From assembly GCF_964204865.1 (NCBI RefSeq), contig NC_135255.1, positions 9,176,001-9,240,000 on the forward strand: 64,000 nucleotides of DNA, read 5' to 3'. Both the position numbers and the translations under genes were made by a program. This document shows, piece after piece, positions 53,694-64,000 of this stretch. Origin of the DNA: Styela clava (lineage: Eukaryota). Under the pieces are notes generated by a model that did no database searches, had not been told where the DNA came from, and saw nothing but the letters and a program-made list of their open reading frames with translations. Position 1 is the stretch's first letter; every line of letters begins with the position of its first letter.

Positions 53694-54171
53694 CAGTGGT
53701 GAGCTAGAGCCGGAACGCACCGGAACGGCGTTCCGTTTGTTGGACATTTTATTGCATTTGCGTTCCAGTTGGTGAAATAAAATTATTGTACAAAAACTCT
53801 AATTTCTCTGGTGAATCTAGTTAATTTATGTTTTGTTATACCATAATTCGTAATTCTTTTTACATCACATCACGCAAATGATTTTATATTAGTACATCAG
53901 TAACGTGTAATAGATATTTCTCCGACCTTTGACCTCATGGAAATTCATCTCATACCTTTTAATAATAACATTTGTTTTGAATCGCTATGAATATTATTGT
54001 AATTTTACACAGACATAGTTCAGATAATTTCTTCATATTTCATTGTAGTTCTTCGTCTCTATCTTAGGCCTGACAAAACTTTTTGTAAACGTCCGCGTCG
54101 TGTTGTAAATATATTACATTTTTGCGAATTAAGTGCGTTCGGGTTGTTACGATTTTTCCAGTTCATCACTG
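53694..54171. mobile_element. hAT-type MITE
   Basis: TIR CAGTGGTGAGCT / AGTTCATCACTG. Perfect 8-bp TSD GTTGCAAC. Confidence 0.88.
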
Positions 54172-55134
54172 GTTGCAACCTATATATCAAGTTCAAGTCC
54201 TTCGCCAAACTCTCATTAATAATTCATGAAATCATCATCATGGATCTAATGAAGGAGAATTTCATCTAGCAAAATGTACCTTTTTAATCCCAACTGCAAA
54301 ATCGTTATTTCTCGAGAACTTATTTTTCTTTTTTCAATTAATTTTCTGAAGCTGACATGCTTAAAATCGAATGTGAAAGAAGGTATACAGTTACAATGGT
54401 TGCAATCGCTATCAATATGTTCTACAGTTGCGCTTATAAAAACGCCTTGGCTATAACCACGGGTCATGTAATTAATCAAACGGTGGTCGTTTTTGTATTG
54501 TCGTTGTATTATTGTTCTTGTATGTGAAGAAGACTTCTTAGTTTTCAGTTTCAAAAACTTCTAAAAGCAAACTACTCAATAGTTGGATAGCGTGTTATAG
54601 ATGTGTGAAAACGATCGTTAGTTTTCCTAACGCATTGTTACCAGTAATTTTTATATCTACTTGATTTCATTAAATAAGGAGTAATATATTCTAAGTATTC
54701 CATGTGTTTGTTTATATATAATATGAAGTCTAACAATTTTTATTCCGAGTTTTCCTGATTTGTATGATATATAATATAATAAAATATATTCATTTATGGA
54801 ATACTATTTGGAAATCTTTGTTTTATTGTCAATGTTTTTTTTCTTCTGAATGACTAAAAACAACATATGGAATCGTGGGCTGAAAACGTGTACAAAAAGG
54901 GCTTCTTTCGCATACAGTAGGCGTGGTATCGCATAAAATATATACTGTAAAATAAGGAAGTGATTCAACTATCACTGCATTATTGTTGGTATTTGTGCGT
55001 TTTAATGAGTTTCCTTAAAATAATATACTGAGTACTCAATTGGAAGTCGGGAAAATAATCATAGAGAATAGTTGATAACTACTAAATAGCTCGATTCAAC
55101 CTTTATATATCTATGCAGATCAGGGTTGACATGA

Positions 55135-55338
55135 GCCGGACGTCTATTTTGTTGTGTACCAGGTTAGGGTTAGGCCATAATTTTATTTCAATTTTTCTTA
55201 TTTAGTTCTAATACGAATTCGGGCACTAGCCAAGTGACTCCCGTAGTATTTGTACTTGAAATTATGACCTAACCTGGTACACATACTACGTTCGTACGTG
55301 CGTGTCCGCCATCTTGGTTCACATACTTCGGGAGTACC
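55135..55338. mobile_element. Truncated copy of MITE family A
   Basis: AGGTTAGGGTTAGGCCATAATTTT core and right terminus GTCCGCCATCTTGGTTCACATACTTCGGGAGTACC. Confidence 0.8.
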
Positions 55339-55769
55339 CAACAGAATGCTAATATATAAGATGTTTTACGCCTTTTTTTACTCGATAGCGTATATATCTA
55401 TTTACAAAGATAGAATTTTTTTTGAAATTACGACAAAATGCAAATTACTAGACAATTATCACACAATTTAATATACTCAGTTTGTGGAGGTGTCCATCGG
55501 GTTTGAAACCAAGATATGATCCTGGACCTATATGAAATAAAGTTCAAAGCAATAACCACAATGGTGTTCATGAAGATGCTGTTTTTTTCTGGACCAATAG
55601 TGTTTGGTTTCAGTTGCCCGAGATGGAAATGTATTTTAAAGAGCTATCACATTTTTATATTTTTTAATTTTACTGTATATAATTGAACAACACCATCATT
55701 GGTATTTTTCTCGTTGTTTTACAAATCTAGTCAGCTGAATTCAATATCTAACCTTGACAGTTTTAAAAT

Positions 55770-58700
55770 ATGTCTATCTTGAAAACAATCTGCCTTTTGT
55801 TCTTCGTTTGTGGAATATTTGCCGAGCAATTACCTGGTAAGGAATTCATCGTACAAAGTATATAGATATATGTAAAGTGTAATGACTTGTGAAATACCCG
55901 GACGCAATGATCTTGTGTTTCATGCGACCGCTTCGCGCAAAACAATTTCCACAAACGACATAACTAGCGTAAAATGTAAGGTACATCGTTGTCGTAATTG
56001 GATAAATTATTGCAAATTGTTTTTCCGCAGCTGATAGACCAATCGATTTCAAATAAGTACGCTACAAATGGATCGCTAGAAGCTCAATACTTTTTTTCGA
56101 ATTTTAAATCGGTCCCAATATTTCACCCAAATTTTTTCTGTTTTATTTTACCAGAAGAAAAAAACACTTTTGCCAACGCGCTTGCCACCTACGGTCATGT
56201 TTAATGAGCATTTCAGCCTAAATGATACTGGAAGGCCTGAATGTATTAGTACCGATGCGCAACAACCAGATGGTATGCATGTCCATTTTTTTAAGCATTG
56301 CCCGCTTGTTTCATATTAAATAGATTTTGCGTATACATTGAATAGAAATTTGATGAAATAATATTACAAGCTGTTATCATTCGAAACATCAATTCGATTA
56401 TCAATTCGATTTAAAAAATCCAACTTGTTATCATAAAATGCTATCTCTATGTATATAGAAAGCTATGAAACACGTCAGAAAATAATGATGTCACTTTTCT
56501 TTTAATATTTTATATATAGATGGAGTCTGTGTTACCAAGATTGTGAAAGGTAAATTCGTCTCTACTGGAGATTGCCAGGTAAAATATGAATATAAATGTT
56601 TTTTCATGCTCTGTTTAAGACAGTCGTTCCGAACCAGTTTGCTGACAAACTACTTTTACGAACTTTAGTTACTTCTTGTGTATCGATGAATGCTTAATAA
56701 GAGCCTTCTTCTGAGTGAACCACTGACAAATATTTCAAAACTTGAAGTTACATTAACCAATGGATGTTCCCTGCTAAACTTTATTATTATTTAAGTTTGG
56801 ACCGCCAAGTTGTTTGATTTATATCTATATTTTGGGGAAATAACTAAACCGGGCAAATGAAACTTTGAATCACGAAAGCGAGTGAATGTTTTACAGTCAT
56901 GCTTGAATGTCTGTCTGATTAAAAAAGTGTTCGATTGTCTGATTACGAATTTTATTTGTTCTTTAACTTGTTGTTGATTCGTCGTTTTTGCGAAAGAACG
57001 AGAAAGTCTACGCTTGGGGATATCATTTGATTTATTCCCCTGTCGCACTTAAATTACGTTTATCAGAATTTCACTTATATTTTACAGAAAGATGTAGACG
57101 CATCTGGTGAGTAATAGGGTCAACTTAAAAACAACTATATCAAGATAAAATGAACATTTTTTTCAATACCGAATAAACCGGAAGCGCTACCGGACAATTC
57201 AAGTTCTATTCATTCTTCACCTCTGGCCCACGAAATCATGTCTAAATATATTTATTATTCTTTAGCTTGACTGTTTATTGTTTTTTTCGGCTGAAATTAA
57301 AGATTGGTATTTTTATGAGGCATTTCCCACCCATGTGGAAGGTATAACTGATATGCAAACAGCTGCTTGGTGAAATGAAACGTTTTTGCTGTTTTACAGC
57401 CTATTCCAGGCTACAGGCATGAAATTTACACCTCATATCTTCGTCAGTTGATGTCATTATATCTGAGTCCAAAGGGTCGGATATACGGCGACAATCGCCA
57501 TTTACATGACCTCTTCCGTCGTCAGAGCTTTTTAGTCCTCCCTCCCCATAAAGAAAGGATATTTGTATGATATCTTGCAACTACCACATAAAAGCCTCGA
57601 AACCTTTTTTCGGTCAAGCGTGCATAAAACAGTTCAAACTACAATTTTATTTTTTATAGAAATTGTCAGATTGATCAAGAAGAACTTTGAAAAGAAGCAA
57701 CGAGTTGAAAGTATTTGAATTTTACCTACTAACCTCAAATTAAACTTTCTCAATCTTGCTTCAGCTCGTCACTACCTGTTCCTTTTTGTTAAATAAAGCA
57801 GGCGCGCTCATTCAAAGCTCAATAATGGACGATAATCCGTGATTTCGCTCTATATCTGTTTCTGATTCGATTCGTGCGCGAAAATATTCGACATTTCAGT
57901 AAACTTTTATTTAAAATCAACCTACATTCAATACACGATAATACTGGTACAGGTAGGCCTAGTCTACTCACTGTGACATATTGCATATTCGTATGACGTC
58001 GTTTTGGTCTCCGTTTCTTTATATTTGTGCAACGCCCTTTTGTTTCACCTGCGATATCAAGATTGAGTTTTGAAAGTTTGATTCTCTTCCAGGTACCTGC
58101 GACGTCACATACAATTCAAAATGTTTCCGAATGCTAGTATATTCTGTAGTGAACATCACTTTTACTGATGCCCGATCTCTATGCAAAAATTATAACTACG
58201 GCACCGTTGCCGACATTTACGACTTCAGTCATTATAACATGTTGCTATCTCGTATACGTTCGATGTATAGCGATGATTTGCCAGTTGCTGTCTGGACAGG
58301 TGTGAGATATCAGGTTAGTGTTGGGTTATAATCCACGGTCTGTAAAGTCGGAGTATCTTTTTCATAACTGGAGTCGTGTTCCCCTAAATTTCCGAATTTG
58401 AATTTGAACGTTTGCCAACGCTAAATTCTAAGCTGTAAAAGAAGATACGATTCCGACAACAGCAAATACCAAATTTTACCTTCACAGTCCAAATATATAC
58501 ATATATATTGAAAGGAAAATATAAAAATCAAAGTGATTTAATGACATCACTGCATTTTTATTGGAAGTGACAACAGGCTGTATTTCCGTAATTTGATATC
58601 GTGAAATTACCATTTTGCTTCCGACACGTAATTTAATTTATTATTCAAACATATTAATCGGCAATCGTAATTTATCGGCACGTAATTCTATAATTCTTCA

Positions 58701-59289
58701 TGTCTTCAGTATTTTTTATCATTTCGTTAGTTGCGCGTATCCTTGCTTGGAGAAAATTTTCATAAAGATCCATTGAAAAACTGATTTTATTCAGAAATAT
58801 ACCGACACTTGTATAAATAAAACAATGAAATGTAATCAAGATGTTTAAATAATTTCATAGCAGTACAACAATGTGGGATTCGAACTCGAGCGATTTGACA
58901 ACCGTGGAGTCAAAACATGGAAAATCGGTGAATAACATCTAAATCGGTAAAAAATTGCAAAATTCGACGCCCGATTCGAGGAGTTCAAAAATTCGAATCC
59001 GGAAAGCTTAAAAATACGACGTTGACCACAGCGTCAACTAACCCTCGTGTCTATTTTAAAGGCCTATAATGTTCTATATATTGTATTCTAACAGGATGGT
59101 CAATTGGTCTCAACATCTGGTGAAAATATACCCACAGCAAGCGATATATGGTATCCAGGGTATCCCTATTTAGATGCATCCCGAACAAATATAGCTTTCC
59201 TTGCGAGAGAAAATCCCAATGACGAAGCTCACGGAATTTACAACGTCGAACCATCGATGCTATATAACGGTGTCATTTGTGAAATATAA
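55770..59289 (+). CDS. Secreted C-type lectin-like domain protein, 6 exons, ~203 aa
   Basis: Exons 55770-55836 (signal peptide MSILKTICLLFFVCGIFA), 56520-56578, 57088-57106, 57660-57710, 58093-58313, 59095-59289 (612 nt, phases compatible). CTLD motifs CDVTYNSKCF, TFTDARSLC, VWTG, WYPGYP, GVICEI. The small middle exons are less certain. Confidence 0.78.
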
Positions 59290-59992
59290 AAATTATCATA
59301 TTGTAATCTTATAACTGTTCCATCTCATCTACATTGTTTGAAACGACCCAATCGACTAAACGTGATAGCAGTATCTTTGCTCAAAAACAATATGTATATA
59401 TATACATATATATATTTGACATAAAAGAGAAAGGAAAGAAAGAGCAATCCCTGAGTTATGTTATTCAAATCTAAAAACAAACCAACGTTGTTTAATCAGT
59501 CAGACTTCATTATTATACATGAAACATATTATAATTCTTCTCAGTCCATTTCTGTTGATTAATTATGCCAGCGGTATTAATTATGCCAGCGGGCACGCGC
59601 GCGCCGCGGCGAGTTTCGGAGTGTGTCGCGAAAATTGTGTTGGACAGAATTGAATTGTGTTGAACATAACTGAAATATGATTGAATATTTTACATATTGT
59701 ATTATTTATAAATGTTTTATCGTTTCGTATTTTTATTGCTGTGTATATGAATCAATAAATTTGCTTTTACCTTTCTGTGTCGTTTTCTGTTACGTGTAGC
59801 AGCCTCTATTGTTACGTAACACATAAGATAGATGCTACTTGCTTCAATTTCGTGAGTTACAGTTTATTTATCTGCTAAATCGAGTTTAGCCAACATGAGT
59901 GATTCTTTAGGGCAGGCATTCAGAGATCAATCAGCCATGGGCATGGTTACCATATCGTGCTTATTCCTAGCTTGCGTCTTATAAAGTAACAT

Positions 59993-60062
59993 GTGCTTAT
60001 TTTAAAGAAAAGTGCTTATTTTTAAAGAAAAGTGCTTATTTTTAAAGAAAAGTGCTTATTTT
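59993..60062. repeat. 20-bp tandem repeat x3.5, probably within a decayed transposon
   Basis: GTGCTTATTTTTAAAGAAAA repeated consecutively. Confidence 0.9.
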
Positions 60063-61413
60063 GTCTTAGAAACACAGATGACTGTTTCATGTCTTCATGC
60101 GTACAAGGCTACCGTGGAAAAGAGGACAATGATGCGTAATCACGCTTTCCTGCGTTATTATTGTGACGTAACAATTATCCACGTTCGACATGACCTTATG
60201 TCTCGCACTTGTTCACTCTCAGAGCGAACATTTTCTGTTTGCGGTACTACCAGGCAAACTGTGACACAGTTACAATAAATGATTCCACTTTTTAGTGATA
60301 CTGTTTTCAAGGACAAACCATAATTTAGACAATGAGTAGACAAGCGTAAGCACGAGTTCCGTTTCGAATAGGAAAAGAAATTTCTTAATGTCAAACAAAG
60401 TCGAAAGGCTAATAGCTATGCTCACTGCTGTTATTGTGACCGTGATATCAACCTAGAAGCCATGGGGAAAACAGCAATTAGCGCGCCCAATACTACCACA
60501 AAACACAAGAATTTTGCAAGAAGCATTGCGGGAAACCAAAGTATGAAGACTTTGGAGATTGCGTGTGGCTGTGATTTCGTGCCTTTCCATGGCTTTTGGC
60601 GATTTCGGGGCCGCATGAAATCTTGTTCGAAGCGACTTCGAATGAAAAAACTTGAGTGGATAAAAGATCGGGAGTGCGGAAGAGACTCGTGTATGATTTC
60701 TTTCTCATTTTTATTCCGCGTTTTTGCCGTTGTTTAGTACCCCCATAGGCCATAAATAACCTTTTGATATCCATGCTTATTTTCGGCTCTGGGTTAGATG
60801 GTAACACTGGCCATAGTTGAGGTAAAAGAGTTGGTCTTTTTAGTTTAATCCTTAGGCCTACTTGTATACAAACTTGAAAAGTCATAATTTACTCATTCAC
60901 GATCACAAAATTGGGATGTTAGCAGCTCTGGGATGTAAGCAGCACCCCACTTCCTCTTTCTCTCACAATCCTCTCTCGATTTCATAATATCGTGCTTGAT
61001 GAAGGGTAGTGGAATACCGTAGGACCATTTGTTAGTCGTTGCGTAAAACAGTCGGCGAGCTACCGAAGCGTAGGATCGGCAGTGCGTTTGAGGACCACGT
61101 ATCCAGGTATTACATACGCTACGTCGAGCGTCTTTACACGTATAATGGAAGCGTTTCTATACGCTTCTATATAAATGATCGTAGGAAAGCAGTGAGTTAT
61201 CAGATGGAAAGCTATTACTTTATTAGGCAACTGTAAGGTGCTGCTGTGAATAACGCACCTTTCGAAGAGTTTTAATTTTCAGATTTTGTAGGTGCGAAAT
61301 AACTGAACTTACAGTAATAAGTTTACTTTTCATATCATTGAACAGTTTAGTTGAATATTGTATAAAAATCATAGTAGTGTAGACAATCTACATCATTAGA
61401 ACACTGTCAAAAT

Positions 61414-63455
61414 ATGAAGTCTTCCTTTTGTTTTGCACTTATCGTTTTGTTGTCATTGCTGCCGATAATAGTATCGGAGTCTGATTCAGAGGATGAAGAA
61501 GATCCATTTCTTTACAACGAAGTTGATTTTCAGCAAACTGTGGAATCAGAACCTCATTTCATTATGTTTTTTGCTCCATGGTACAGTATTTTTTTCATGT
61601 TTCCATTTGTAAGGTATGCTTATAGTTTTGTCTTTTATTTGTCTCATTCTGAAAATCAAATCATGGTTGTAGTGTCATTGAAATGCATCATATAGCAACA
61701 CTGGGCTTTGCCAACTACAAGACTGTTTAAGTTATGATTTTGATTTGCATTGGGATTTATTGTTTAAAAATAATGATTGCCTATACAAATACATGAGACA
61801 TTTGGGTATAATTAAGGTTAGGGTCATACTATATATATCCATAAATAAATCTATATTATACATATTACATACAGATTTCTGTATTCAGATATTATTGTTT
61901 TTAAGTTCCTCAAATAACTTCATTTTAAATCTATTTTGCTATTCAGGTGTGGTCACTGCAAATCTTTGAAGCCAACATGGGAAAAATTGACAGAGTTGTA
62001 CAATAAAGAAAAAACAGATATCATTACAATTGCTAAGGTGAAATTTTATTTTTTTCAAATTATTCAACTCTCTTATTCATGGCAACTATACTCCTAGTAT
62101 CTCACAGTCTCATGTTGTGCTATTTTTGATAGCACTGTATTTGCATAAGAACAAATGGTAAGTAAAGATTATGATAATAACTTGATCCAGATTGACAATT
62201 ACAGTGAGATGTTATGTATATTACAGTTTTTTGAAAACCTCTCTGCAAAAAAAAATTTCAGAAATAGAATTACTATCGTATGAAATGGTAGATTTGATTT
62301 CACATCATTCAAAAAAAATTGTTAAGTGATTTTAATTAGTGTTATCATTGATTTGTATAAGCAGGAGTATGGATCATAAATTATTTAATATGACTTTAGA
62401 ATGGAGTAAATTCTGCACACTCATACCTTGGTATGTCAAAATTAAAACTAATGAATCTCATTAACCATCTTGTGTTTCGAGTTATCAGCTTAGTTACCTA
62501 GTTTATAATACAATTTGATTTTTTTTAGGTCGATTGCACAGTTAGCACGAAACTTTGTTCTGACAATGGTGTTACCGGCTACCCCACGTAAGCAAATATT
62601 TCTTTGCTTTTATAACCTTTGCTTTAATCAATATAATTTCATTATTTAGTTTAAAGCAAATTTTAGTTTGAAATAGTTTGGTTTGGAAAATTCATAGTAT
62701 AACAATAACAATGTATAATATTTATTTCTTGCTCATCTTTTATTACAGTTTTCAGTCTATAGCACAGCCATTTTACCATCAAATTTCCCATTCTTCCTAG
62801 TTTATAAGTTTATTCCACAGAGTGTTTTTCCTCTGTTCAGCATAAATTGTTTGAATATATTGGGATTTGAGATCTACAAATCGAAATAACACTATAAATA
62901 CCACCGAAATGATAAACTGAGTGCTAAAAGCCCAAGAAGAGGGCCACGAGCCATAAAAGGTTGGTAACCACTGCTCTAGCAGAAAGATGTCTGATTGTGT
63001 ATGCAATTTTTCAGTGCTATAACTGCATGCTACCTTTGAGTTTTGAAAAAATAATTTTTCTCTTATTTTCGATAGCACCCTGGACCCTGGTATCATTTTC
63101 ATCACGTAAAGTCTCACTCTCAGAGTAAATATTATCTCTATTATTTTACAGTCTGAAAATATTCCAGCCTGACAAAGAATCGGCGAGGTACAAGGGAGCA
63201 AGGGATCTTGATGCTCTCAAAGAATTCATTGCAACTACTCTAGGCCTTGAACAGGACAAAAAAGAGGAAAAAGAAAATATTGAAGTCAACGAGGGGTTAT
63301 ATGAGATCACAGATGCCACATTTAATGATCACATATCTGAAGGGAATCATTTCATCAAATTTTTTGCACCTTGGTGTGGTCATTGTCAAAGGATGGAGCC
63401 GGCTTGGAAAACACTTGCAGCTAAATATAATGATGATGCTGTCAAAATTAGCAGG
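61414..63455 (+). CDS. TXNDC5: Thioredoxin domain-containing protein 5 (ERp46, PDI family), 5' part; continues beyond the window
   Basis: Exons 61414-61580, 61947-62037, 62529-62587, 63152-63455. Signal peptide, HFIMFFAPWCGHC, IAKVDCT...LCSDNGVTGYPTLK, YKGARDLDAL, then a second adjacent domain HFIKFFAPWCGHC. Confidence 0.9.
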
Positions 63456-64000
63456 GTTTGTATGATTCATTATTTCTATTTTTGCAATAAATTCGTGCTT
63501 TCCTATTTGAAACATTATTATTTCCTATTTTAAATTGCTGGTAGTGTTGAAAATATAACAAAACAGGTCACTTGCTTTTTAAATGAGGTACGGATGAGCG
63601 TGGTATGACGGGAGTCGGAGCCACTACAGTAGTATTATCATTCAACATTTAATAGAAGAACAGGGCCAATAAAAAGTTGCAGGGGTGTCTAAAATAAATT
63701 GAATGTCTGATTCAAATCAAAACTTGATATATTACAATTACATTTTAGGCATTCATGATTTTAATATTACCTGAAAATAATTTTGTTTGAAAAAATGGCA
63801 TTGTGTGAAATTGAAATATTGCAATAAGAACGAAAGATATTTATTTCATAAAAAAAAACTGTGGTATATAGAAAATGGATCAAATCATTGTTGAATTCAG
63901 TATTCCTGCATTACCTAATTCAAACTTATTGAATGAAAAGTTTTTTGCTAACATGCCCTAATTTAATATTTCATATTCAAAAATATTAATTTGAAATATC

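Noticed and set aside
60431-60885. Overlapping short ORFs upstream of TXNDC5
   Set aside because: No domain or convincing splice structure; probably decayed repeat sequence.
61085-61105. ER-stress element (CCACGT) upstream of TXNDC5
   Set aside because: Only a core match; no CCAAT-N9-CCACG or full TGACGTGG consensus.

Overview
AT-rich, intron-containing animal genomic DNA. Gene content, intron style and MITE families suggest an invertebrate chordate, probably an ascidian (inference only). Hand-spliced gene models: (1) an acyl-CoA thioesterase (ACOT/BAAT family) gene split in-frame by a 6.86-kb CACT/EnSpm-type transposon carrying a stack of nested hAT and Sola-like elements; (2) an 8-exon otopetrin proton channel (minus); (3) a 3-exon uncharacterised TspO-like multi-pass membrane protein (plus); (4) an 11-exon bestrophin anion channel with a ~840-aa disordered tail (minus); (5) an intronless HOGA1 (minus); (6) a 6-exon secreted atypical C-type lectin (plus); (7) the 5' part of TXNDC5/ERp46 (plus). 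Intergenic and intronic DNA holds many non-autonomous DNA transposons, several with perfect TSDs, plus tandem repeats and LINE debris. The best candidate for an undescribed system is the otopetrin / TspO-like / bestrophin cluster as a possible H+/anion module, with an otopetrin whose two QNY triads are both altered. That interpretation is inference and untested. No tRNA, rRNA or CRISPR was found.
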